Assembly (NCBI GenBank): GCA_020053795.1
Contig: JAGVMN010000004.1
Coordinates: forward strand, 925 to 64,924
Length of the DNA stretch: 64,000 nucleotides
Source: Bacteroidia bacterium
GTDB lineage: Bacteria > Bacteroidota > Bacteroidia > NS11-12g > UBA9320
Direction: 5' to 3'
Made by a program: the position numbers and the translations under genes. This document shows, piece by piece, positions 49,727 to 58,701 of this stretch. Within the stretch, counting starts at the first letter, position 1; each line of letters opens with the position of its first letter. Below the pieces are notes generated by a model, which saw nothing but the letters and a program-made list of their open reading frames with translations, had not been told where the DNA came from and did not search any database.

Positions 49727-50899
49727 TTAGATACTACTTGAAAAAATCAGGTCATTTTTGCTAATAACATCCGAATCGCTCATTAATACACAGCGATCCA
49801 TAAAAGCAATAAGCTCTCTGACATTGCCTGGCCATGGGTGTTTTAGCAAAGCTTCTCGGGCAGATTCATCAAGTGTTTTTGCCGGTACATGGTGTTTTCT
49901 TGTGAATACATTCAAGAAGTGATTTGCTAAGACTATGATATCATTTCCCCTGTCTCTTAACCTCGGCAGGTGAATGAGAAATCCCTGAATCCGGTAATAC
50001 AAGTCTTCGCGGAATTTGCCGAGTTTTACCTGTTCACTTAAATTTCGATTGGTTGCAGTTACAATGCGTACACTTAATGAAATCATTTTATTGCTTCCCA
50101 ATCGTGTAATTCTGCCATCTTGTAAAACCCTTAAAAGTTTGGTTTGAAGAATAATGTCCATTTCACCTATCTCATCAAGAAACAAGGTACCGCCATCCGC
50201 TTCTTCAAATTTGCCTATTCTTCGGGAACTGGCCCCCGTGAAGGCTCCTTTCTCATGGCCAAATAACTCATCTTCTACCAAATGATGGGGTATCGCAGCA
50301 AGATTTACCGCGATAAAAGGTTTCTTCCTTCTTTCAGAATTGAAGTGAATAGCCTCTGCTACTAATTCTTTTCCGGTTCCATTATCTCCGGTTATCATTA
50401 CAAGAGAATCTGTTTTTTCTACCCGTTGAATGAGCTTCATTACCTTGTATATTGCAGTACTTTCTCCCACAATATTTGAGTACTTGCTCCGATCATGCAG
50501 TTCTTCACGTAAGACTTCCACTTCTTCCTGCAAAACAATCTGATCTACAGCATTTTTAATGGCATTCCTCAATTCAATAACCGCGTTGTCATTCTTAACA
50601 ACGTAATTTTTTGCACCATTTTTATATGCTTCAACAACTACATTGACATCTTCCTGACCGGAAACCACGATGGTTGCAATGGAAGGGTAAGAAGTTGTTA
50701 TTTTTTGAAGAATTTCCAAACCCGACATATCAGGAAGCATATAGTCAAGGGTGATTATGTCTGGGTTCTGACCCAGGTTATCCAAAAGATCCTGACCATT
50801 ATAAAAAACTTTTATTTCGTAGTCCATATCTTTCAATGAATGCTCAATGGCAGCAGCATACATCATATTATCTTCAACAATAAATACTTTAGGTATCAT
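49727..50899 (-). CDS. Sigma54-interacting response regulator (REC plus AAA+) lacking a C-terminal HTH
   Basis: IVED/LDYMLPD receiver, [37 protein letters not shown] and WPGNVREL. The protein ends at 390 aa. Confidence 0.92.
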   Translation of the reverse strand: MIPKVFIVEDNMMYAAAIEHSLKDMDYEIKVFYNGQDLLDNLGQNPDIITLDYMLPDMSGLEILQKITTSYPSIATIVVSGQEDVNVVVEAYKNGAKNYVVKNDNAVIELRNAIKNAVDQIVLQEEVEVLREELHDRSKYSNIVGESTAIYKVMKLIQRVEKTDSLVMITGDNGTGKELVAEAIHFNSERRKKPFIAVNLAAIPHHLVEDELFGHEKGAFTGASSRRIGKFEEADGGTLFLDEIGEMDIILQTKLLRVLQDGRITRLGSNKMISLSVRIVTATNRNLSEQVKLGKFREDLYYRIQGFLIHLPRLRDRGNDIIVLANHFLNVFTRKHHVPAKTLDESAREALLKHPWPGNVRELIAFMDRCVLMSDSDVISKNDLIFSSSI

Positions 50900-51038
50900 G
50901 TTTTAAATTTTTAGAATTACAAAGCTAAGGGATATTGATAGGGGATGCTTTCTGAAGAGTGGTTCGCTCCACGCTTATTTTTCAACCTACTGAACGGAAT
51001 AATGGATTTAGGGTTTATAAAAACAATGTCTCAGAACT

Positions 51039-53147
51039 TTACGAAATTCTGCTCCAGTCTTTTCCGGGGCTTTTTTGATTGAGGTAGTTGACTAATGGTT
51101 GATTAGATGCATGTTGAAGAAGAGGATCTTCGGATAAGATTTGTTCGGCTTGAAACCGGGCGACTTTAAGCATTTCTTCATCATCAACAATACTGGCTAT
51201 TTTAAGGTCGGCTATTCCGCTTTGCTTGGTACCTTCAATATCACCCGGGCCGCGAAGTTTCAAATCTAGTTCTGCTAGTTTGAAGCCATCATTGGTGGAA
51301 AGCATAGCCTTGATTCTTTCTCTGCCGTTATAACTGAGTTTTTGGCCACTCATGAGAATGCAATAGCTCTGATCACCACCGCGGCCAACTCTACCTCTAA
51401 GCTGATGCAATTGCGACAGTCCGAAACTTTCAGCATTCTCAATGAGCATCACCGTAGCGTTTGGTACATTAATGCCAACTTCTATTACGGTTGTTGAAAC
51501 AAGAATGTGTATTTCTCCTTTTTTGAAACGGGTCATAATCATTTCCTTTTCATGAGCTTTCATTCTTCCATGAATAATCTCCACCTGATATTTTGGACGT
51601 TTAAAGAAATTAGACAACAATTCGAAACCATCATTGAGGTTTTTATACTCCAGTTTTTCGGAATCTTCTATCAAAGGGAAGACGACATATACCTGTCGTC
51701 CTTTGTCAATCTCTGTTTGAATGAATTGAAAAACTTCCATTCTACGGGCTTCATTTCGATGGGCAGTGATGATGGGTACTCTGCCCAAAGGCATTTCATC
51801 AATAACTGAAACATCTAAATCACCATAAAAAGTCATAGCCAAAGTACGTGGAATTGGAGTGGCAGTCATCACTAAAATGTGGGGTACCTCCTCACTTTTA
51901 TCCCACATACGGGCTCTCTGGGCAACGCCAAATCGATGCTGTTCGTCAATAATGACTAAGCCCTGCCTTTTCATTTTCACCTTGTCTTCAATCAACGCAT
52001 GAGTGCCAATCAGGATTTGAATGGTTCCATTTTCAAGGCCTTCATGAATGCGTTTTCTTTCAGCAGACTTTGTAGAACCGGTTAACAAAGCACATTGCAA
52101 ACCCACTTTTTCCATTTCAGTATGCATGTTGTTAAAATGTTGTGAGGCCAGTATTTCCGTTGGGGCCATTAGGCTGCTTTGTGTGCCGTTGTCTGCCGCA
52201 ATCAGCATGTTGAGCAAAGCAACAACAGATTTGCCGCTTCCTACATCACCCTGCAACAAGCGATTCATTTGGCGACCTGTTTGGGTGTCTTGCCTTATCT
52301 CTTTGATCACTTTCTTTTGGGCATCTGTCAGCTCGAACGACAAAACGTCCTTGTAATATTTGTTAAAATATTCGCCTACCACGGCAAAACGGATGCCTTT
52401 TAAAGTCCGTTTGTTGCGGTTTTTTATGCGGACAATTCTCATTTGGAGTAAAAACAATTCCTCGAACTTGATTCTGTTCTCGGCACTGATTCTGGACTGA
52501 TTGTCTTTCGGAATATGAATGTTTGTAAAAGCCGCTTTTCGCCCAATGAGTTTGTGGGCGTCCAAAAGAGATTTAGGAAGGATTTCAGGCACTTCAAAAT
52601 TGGGATGATTGATAAGTGACGAGATGAATTGGTGGATTGTTCTGCTTGTAATGTTTTTTGTCTTAAGACGCTCTGTAACATTGTACACAGGTTGAAATCC
52701 CTGATGTTTTTTCTCCTGGTCGGTAGTTTCCATTTCGGGATGAACAAAACTGATTTGGTTTTTAAATAAATTTGGCTTGCCGAAAACTATATATTCCTTC
52801 CCGGCTTTCAGGTTTTCCTTTACCCACTTTTGTCCCTGAAACCAAACCAAATCGCAGTAGCCGCTTTCATCTTTGAACAAAGCCGTCAGTCTCTTCCCTT
52901 TGTCTTTGCCTGTTTGTTCTATCTTGCCCAAAATCCCTTTGATTTGGATATATGGTTGGTTGCCATCGAGATCCTGTATTTTATGCCAAACAGATCGGTC
53001 GATATATCTGAACGGAAAATGATACAAGAGGTCTTCGAACGTATATATTTGAAGTTCATTTTTCAGAAGTTCGGCCCTCATTGGTCCCACCCCTTTGAGA
53101 TATTCAACAGGTGTATCGAGAAAATCGTTTCTGCCCGAATGGTTCAC
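51039..53147 (-). CDS. recG: ATP-dependent DNA helicase RecG
   Basis: RLLQGDVGSGKS, DEQHRFGV, MTATPIPRTL and QLHQLRGRVGRG motifs. Confidence 0.98.
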   Translation of the reverse strand: MNHSGRNDFLDTPVEYLKGVGPMRAELLKNELQIYTFEDLLYHFPFRYIDRSVWHKIQDLDGNQPYIQIKGILGKIEQTGKDKGKRLTALFKDESGYCDLVWFQGQKWVKENLKAGKEYIVFGKPNLFKNQISFVHPEMETTDQEKKHQGFQPVYNVTERLKTKNITSRTIHQFISSLINHPNFEVPEILPKSLLDAHKLIGRKAAFTNIHIPKDNQSRISAENRIKFEELFLLQMRIVRIKNRNKRTLKGIRFAVVGEYFNKYYKDVLSFELTDAQKKVIKEIRQDTQTGRQMNRLLQGDVGSGKSVVALLNMLIAADNGTQSSLMAPTEILASQHFNNMHTEMEKVGLQCALLTGSTKSAERKRIHEGLENGTIQILIGTHALIEDKVKMKRQGLVIIDEQHRFGVAQRARMWDKSEEVPHILVMTATPIPRTLAMTFYGDLDVSVIDEMPLGRVPIITAHRNEARRMEVFQFIQTEIDKGRQVYVVFPLIEDSEKLEYKNLNDGFELLSNFFKRPKYQVEIIHGRMKAHEKEMIMTRFKKGEIHILVSTTVIEVGINVPNATVMLIENAESFGLSQLHQLRGRVGRGGDQSYCILMSGQKLSYNGRERIKAMLSTNDGFKLAELDLKLRGPGDIEGTKQSGIADLKIASIVDDEEMLKVARFQAEQILSEDPLLQHASNQPLVNYLNQKSPGKDWSRIS

Positions 53148-54124
53148 TTGTATAATTTACTAAGCAGGGCTCCTATTTCCATCATCCAGGCAATGCCCAT
53201 GTGAACGATGATGCCACCGGCTATACTCCTGCTGTAATAGGCTATAATACCCAAAAGCGTTCCTCCAAAGAAAGAACTGATGGTTTCGCCAAGGGGTTTT
53301 CCAAAATGAATGAAAACATAAAAAGAGGCCATGGGCAAAATGACTGATGGGCCCGCTATAGCTGCAAATGCCAGAATGAGAAATCCGCGGAAAAAAAATT
53401 CAATGAAGATAAAATCAATGCCATACAGAAATTCGTAAAGTACAAAGAATTTGTGATCAGGCTGATGACCAAATGTGAGGCCCGGCAATTCGCCTCCCCT
53501 GGGATAGGTTCCCAAAAAATCCGATTGGAAGGACGCCCATGCAATCAATGGAACCATTACCAACAACATAATCAAATAGGGGCGTGTATCGTAGTTTTTT
53601 AGAGTAAATCCATACAATGGTTGATTTTTTCGATCAGTAAAAAACCAATACGCAGTAATTGGAATCAGAATAATCAACATACGAAAAATGGTTTGTATAA
53701 CCCTGTACCAGTAGATATCGAGCCTCTCCTTCTGTACCAATTCATAAATAAACTGACCGTAAATATGCGAACAGGAACGAATAGTGAAAATGCTCAAAGC
53801 AAAAATGACAAGGAACCAAAACTTGGGTTCAGAAAGGTGTTCCAGCTTACCTGTGATTAGAGCTTGCAACAAAAACGACCCGATAAATGGAATGGCATAT
53901 AGCAGAAAATAGTAAAGGAAGATGAAATTGTTCCATGCGAGTTCGTCAGACTTTGCCTCAAGAAAGGGATGAAAATAATTAAAATACACACCTGTTGCCG
54001 AAAAAATCATAATGGAAAAAAACAAAACAGGCGAGAATTGTTCGTGGTAAAACTGTTTGAGGTACGAAATAACTTTTTTCACGGTGCCAAATTTTGCATT
54101 CGCAATTTTAATATAAGTCGTCAT
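53144..54124 (-). CDS. CPBP (CAAX/Abi) family intramembrane metalloprotease
   Basis: Multi-TM protein with EFFFRG, YVFIHFGKP and GIIVH. The start may be the GTG near 54085. Confidence 0.85.
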   Translation of the reverse strand: MTTYIKIANAKFGTVKKVISYLKQFYHEQFSPVLFFSIMIFSATGVYFNYFHPFLEAKSDELAWNNFIFLYYFLLYAIPFIGSFLLQALITGKLEHLSEPKFWFLVIFALSIFTIRSCSHIYGQFIYELVQKERLDIYWYRVIQTIFRMLIILIPITAYWFFTDRKNQPLYGFTLKNYDTRPYLIMLLVMVPLIAWASFQSDFLGTYPRGGELPGLTFGHQPDHKFFVLYEFLYGIDFIFIEFFFRGFLILAFAAIAGPSVILPMASFYVFIHFGKPLGETISSFFGGTLLGIIAYYSRSIAGGIIVHMGIAWMMEIGALLSKLYK

Positions 54125-54353
54125 AAATTCATGTAAATTTCAATTTCGGCCTCGTGCTCGATATTTGATTGTATTTCGATTACTCACAATTTTATTCTAT
54201 GTTTATTTTGGATTTTTACCAGATATCAGGGTTCGGAATTTATGCTTCAACTCATTGTATCGTTCGACGGAATCAAAAAATATTAAATAGCCCCTTTTGC
54301 ATTCGTTAATAGTGGCAGAGAGCAAATATTTGTCACAAACGGATAATCTTGTG

Positions 54354-54392
54354 AAAAAGGGGCTTCTCCTATCCAGAGGAGAAAAAAGCCCC
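54354..54392 (-). terminator. Orphan terminator-like hairpin
   Basis: Minus strand GGGGCTT(TTTT)CTCCT-CTGGAT-AGGAGAAGCCCC-TTTTT. Confidence 0.5.
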
Positions 54393-54784
54393 AAGAGTTT
54401 AGCGTCACAAGCCGATTTGCTTTTTAGCTTACGATTCGGGTATATACTTCAGGCGTTTTGCAGACGACCGGGAAAAAGCACGTTCTATCATTGTACGACC
54501 TATTTTAAAATGCAATCAGTCGTATGATTCTCCACAAGTATGATTATTTTTGATTAGGAAGCCTCAATGACGACTTAGGATGTGTTGCATTCGAAGCTGA
54601 AATTTTAAGGAAATTTTATAATACGGGTTTGATAAACAATTATTTTTTATGGCATGAATTAACATGGGGATATAATGCACTATGGAACAATATTATGTGT
54701 TTTTTTTATTCCAAAGGCTTTTGAAACAATTTTGTTGGGGCTTTGTTCTTGGTGGGTTTGTAAATGGTGAAAATTTTGTTCTTC

Positions 54785-54840
54785 TGTGACTTTTATCATT
54801 CCCCTCTTGAATCAATCCTTGCAATTTTGAAAAAAATCAT
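54785..54840 (+). promoter_or_regulatory. Two TGA-N6-TCA Crp/Fnr-like boxes around a -7-like element
   Basis: TGACTTTTATCA (54787-54798), CAATTTTG (54822-54829) and TGAAAAAAATCA (54828-54839). Confidence 0.5.
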
Positions 54841-54859
54841 AGTTGCAAATGTCTTGTAA

Positions 54860-55432
54860 ATGAAAAAACCACTCTTAGTAAAATATGTTCTTCCATTTAT
54901 TCAGTGGTATTCCCTGATGATTCTTATAGCCATCGGGATGGATTATTTGTTGCATCTCTTCGATATGGTTTTCATTGGTCGTTATCTGGGTTATTGGGGA
55001 ACATTCGCTATTGTCATTTCCTTTGCCTATTCGCTTCGCAAACGAAAAGTTATCAAATTTGGCTCTCCCAAAAACTGGCTGACGTTTCATAATTATTTGG
55101 CATGGGCGGGTTCAATAATGTTACTTGTGCATGCCGGAATTCACTTTAATGCCGTGTTGCCTTGGCTTGCCATACTTACCTTGCTGAGTGCAGTGGCAAG
55201 CGGACTGGTTGGTAAGTTTCTTTTAAAAAGGGCTTATGAATCCCTGAATGAAAAACGATATTTATTGATCAGACAGGGTATGACTAATGATGAATTAGGC
55301 AAAAAACTGTTTTTCGATTCGATCACAGTAGATATGATGAAGAAATGGAGGGTTGTTCATTTGCCGGTTACCTTACTGCTGCTTATTTTGTCATTGATGC
55401 ACATCATTACCATAATTATTTTCAGTAAATGA
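54860..55432 (+). CDS. Ferric reductase-like transmembrane protein (putative di-heme b)
   Basis: Several TM helices and two H-x13-H pairs (FHNYLAWAGSIMLLVH; VHLPVTLLLLILSLMH). Confidence 0.72.
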   Translation: MKKPLLVKYVLPFIQWYSLMILIAIGMDYLLHLFDMVFIGRYLGYWGTFAIVISFAYSLRKRKVIKFGSPKNWLTFHNYLAWAGSIMLLVHAGIHFNAVLPWLAILTLLSAVASGLVGKFLLKRAYESLNEKRYLLIRQGMTNDELGKKLFFDSITVDMMKKWRVVHLPVTLLLLILSLMHIITIIIFSK

Positions 55433-56337
55433 GAACCACCGTAGTAATGAGCATTGTCCTTTTGTGTCTTGGACTCATGTACCGTTTGCCACAGGTGATG
55501 ATAAACCCGGGACAATTAATTGAAGGACATCAGAAAATAAAAGAAAAGTGCCTTACCTGTCATGTTCCTTATAAAGGTATTGGGAATGACAAATGCATAT
55601 CATGCCATAAACTTTCGGAAATAGGGAAAGAATCGATGTATCAAACCCTTAAGAACAACAGAACTGGCAAAATTTTATTTCACAAGGGTCTGGCAAATCA
55701 AAAATGCAGCGGATGCCATACCGATCACAAGGGCAGATATCCGGAAGCGTCTGTCAACAGCTTTAACCATGAAATGCTTGGAACAGCGAATCGAAACAAT
55801 TGCAATAATTGTCATGGCAAACCACTAAATGACCTTCATAAACCTTTATCATCAGCCTGTCATAGCTGTCACAAAACAGCGGGATGGAAAACGGACCTGT
55901 CATTTGATCATGAAATGATTCATGGTGCAGATAAACGTAACTGTGCGGGATGCCATAAAAAACCAGATAATGACTATCATCAGTTTATTAAAAGCAACTG
56001 CGGAAAATGTCATAACCTAAACAAATGGAAGCCTTCCTCTTTTGATCATTCAACTTATTTCCGACTGGACAGTGATCATCAGACAACATGTAAAACATGT
56101 CATCAGAACAATAATTTCAACACATTCACCTGCTATGGTTGCCATGAGCATTCAGAAAGAAATATAAAGGCTGAACACAATGAGGAGGGAATATACGGTT
56201 TCAACGATTGTGCAGGGTGTCACAAAAGTGGTGATAAATATGGCATCAATATGAATGGCAATGAGGGTGGGCGGTTGAATCAAAAAGAAAATAATAAAGC
56301 AAGGGAGCAACATCACTCAGAAGAGGATGACGATTAG
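55429..56337 (+). CDS. Decaheme cytochrome c (class III/c3-like) with an N-terminal anchor or signal
   Basis: Ten CxxCH motifs (CLTCH, CISCH, CSGCH, CNNCH, CHSCH, CAGCH, CGKCH, CKTCH, CYGCH, CAGCH) and spare His in FNH/FDH motifs. Overlaps the upstream gene by 4 nt. Confidence 0.92.
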   Translation: MRTTVVMSIVLLCLGLMYRLPQVMINPGQLIEGHQKIKEKCLTCHVPYKGIGNDKCISCHKLSEIGKESMYQTLKNNRTGKILFHKGLANQKCSGCHTDHKGRYPEASVNSFNHEMLGTANRNNCNNCHGKPLNDLHKPLSSACHSCHKTAGWKTDLSFDHEMIHGADKRNCAGCHKKPDNDYHQFIKSNCGKCHNLNKWKPSSFDHSTYFRLDSDHQTTCKTCHQNNNFNTFTCYGCHEHSERNIKAEHNEEGIYGFNDCAGCHKSGDKYGINMNGNEGGRLNQKENNKAREQHHSEEDDD

Positions 56338-56472
56338 ACCCTTTAATTATTTCCGGTCTGTAACAATTTCAGTGTCATATTTTCAATTTATTTCAAATAA
56401 ATTACGAGAGTCAGACTAAACAGATGGGAGTTTAGTTATATTCAAAAATAAATCTGCGTCAATTAAAATAAA

Positions 56473-58698
56473 TCAAAAATCAATTCCCTCAATATACTCG
56501 GTAGGGGTTTTGGGTTCGGCGGTGTTACAATCGAGCGGCACGATTATTTCAGTATCGGGTTTCTTAAATCCTTCTTTTGATATTTTTAATTTTTCGTCGT
56601 TGTAAATCTTTTTCATGAACATGCCAACTATTGGTAGTGCTGTGCTTGCACCTTGTCCCAATGCCATACTCCTGAAATGCACCTGTCTGTCTTCGGCACC
56701 TACCCAGCAGCCGCTAACCAAATCAGGGGTAATGGCCATAAACCAACCATCAGAGTTGTTCTGAGTGGTTCCGGTTTTGGCAGCTACTGGCACTGTTACA
56801 TATCGTCTCAGGCGACTTCCTGTTCCTCCATCTACTACTTTTTCCAGCATCTTGAGCATCACATAGGCCGTTTGAGGACGCATGGCTTCTACCTGTCTTG
56901 GAAAAAACTCTTCAAGAATGTTGCCGTTTTTGTCTTCTATACGTGTAATGAAAATAGGTTCGGTCCATTCGCCATCGTTGGCAAAAGCACTGTATGCCCC
57001 CACCATTTCAAAAACCGAAACATCCATCGTTCCCAGGCAAATGGAAGGATAGGGCATGAATTTTCGCGTGTCAATTCCAAGCTTATCTGAGATATCCCTA
57101 ACCGCAAAAGGCGATCGGGGTCCCAGTCTTTTCATGACTCTCGCGGTTACGGTGTTCAGTGATAGTTTCAAACCTGTGTACAAGGTGACTTCCGGGGCCG
57201 GTGCCTTTCCACTATTGGCTGGTGTCCATGTTTGCCCGTCTTCCAACTCGAGGGTCACAGGCCCGGTAGGTACCATTTCACATGGTTCTATTTTGTCGTC
57301 ATCAAGAGCACGGGCATATACAATCGGTTTGAAGGTAGAACCCACCTGCCGGGTTGCAGTTTTGTTCACATGATCGTATTGAAAATGCCTGAGATTGATG
57401 CCACCAACCCAAGCTTTGATAAAACCGGTATGCGGCTCCATACTCATAAAACCGGTATGCAGGATTTGTTTGGAGTATTTCAATGAATCTAACGGACTCA
57501 TCAGGGTATCCCTGTCTCCGTTCCAACTAAATATGGTCATGTGTACTTTCCTGTTCATGTAAAAGTTGATGGAATCCTCCCTTCCTCCAAACTTGTTTTT
57601 GAGATAAATGTATCTTGCAGTGCGTTTCATGTGTTTTGGGATATAATCCTTATCAACACGCCAAACCTCTTCTTCACTTCGCCAAGGTTCCGACTTCAGT
57701 TTTTTGGTTTCTTCGAAAAACTGTTTTTGCAAATTGGCCATATGCTCGGCCACAACTTCTTCGGCGTATTTCTGCATTTTTGAGTTGATGGTTGTGTAAA
57801 TTTTCAACCCGTCGTTATACATGTTATAGCCTTTTTTTTCGCACCAGTCAGCAAGATAGTTTCTCAGGTATTCTCTGAAGTACGTGGCCAATCCTTTGTT
57901 ATGAGTGGTAAGCTGATAATCGAGAACCAAGTCCAGATTTTTTAGAGAATCACGCTCCTCTTTGTTGATATAGCCGTATTTTGTCATTTGATTGAGGACA
58001 GTATTTCTTCGATTCACCGCTCTATCCGGATGATTTACCGGATGATAAATGGCTGATGCCTTAAGCATAGCTACCAAAACGGCAGCCTCTTCAACTTTCA
58101 GATCTTTGGTCTCCTTATTAAAAAACTTTTTGGAGGCAGATTTTATTCCATAACTATTTTCCCATGGAACCGTATTGAAATACATCAGAATGATTTCATC
58201 TTTGGTGTATCGCTTTTCCAGTGCTGTGGCTATAATCCACTCTTTGATCTTTTGCAACATCCGTTGAATATAATTTCGTCTTTCGGGATGAAACATGTTT
58301 TTTGCCAATTGCTGGGTTATGGTGCTTCCTCCTCCTTTTTTTCCCAAAAAAATAACGGCCCGGAACAAACTCCTGAAATCTATTCCGGAATGTTTGTAAA
58401 ACCTTGCATCTTCGGTTGCAACAAGAGCATAGATCATGTACTTAGGCAAGTCGTTTATATTGATGTTTGTACGGTCTTCTTGCGAATATATCTTTCCTAT
58501 TATTTTTCCGTCTTCTGAATAAATTTCGGAGGCCAGCTTGGTTGAGGGATTTTCCAATTCATTGATGTCGGGCAATTTGCCGAGCCAACCAAAAGAGGTA
58601 ATCAAAATGATTGAAAAAAACAATAACAGGCCTATCCCGAAAATTTGCCAAAGCCGCTTAATAAGTATTGAGGTCAACGGTGATTTTTTAGATGCCAC
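56473..58698 (-). CDS. mrcA: Class A penicillin-binding protein (PBP1A)
   Basis: EDARFYKHSGID and GGSTITQQLAKN glycosyltransferase motifs; RQVGSTFK, SLN and KTGTT transpeptidase motifs. Confidence 0.93.
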   Translation of the reverse strand: MASKKSPLTSILIKRLWQIFGIGLLLFFSIILITSFGWLGKLPDINELENPSTKLASEIYSEDGKIIGKIYSQEDRTNININDLPKYMIYALVATEDARFYKHSGIDFRSLFRAVIFLGKKGGGSTITQQLAKNMFHPERRNYIQRMLQKIKEWIIATALEKRYTKDEIILMYFNTVPWENSYGIKSASKKFFNKETKDLKVEEAAVLVAMLKASAIYHPVNHPDRAVNRRNTVLNQMTKYGYINKEERDSLKNLDLVLDYQLTTHNKGLATYFREYLRNYLADWCEKKGYNMYNDGLKIYTTINSKMQKYAEEVVAEHMANLQKQFFEETKKLKSEPWRSEEEVWRVDKDYIPKHMKRTARYIYLKNKFGGREDSINFYMNRKVHMTIFSWNGDRDTLMSPLDSLKYSKQILHTGFMSMEPHTGFIKAWVGGINLRHFQYDHVNKTATRQVGSTFKPIVYARALDDDKIEPCEMVPTGPVTLELEDGQTWTPANSGKAPAPEVTLYTGLKLSLNTVTARVMKRLGPRSPFAVRDISDKLGIDTRKFMPYPSICLGTMDVSVFEMVGAYSAFANDGEWTEPIFITRIEDKNGNILEEFFPRQVEAMRPQTAYVMLKMLEKVVDGGTGSRLRRYVTVPVAAKTGTTQNNSDGWFMAITPDLVSGCWVGAEDRQVHFRSMALGQGASTALPIVGMFMKKIYNDEKLKISKEGFKKPDTEIIVPLDCNTAEPKTPTEYIEGIDF

Positions 58699-58701
58699 AA
58701 T

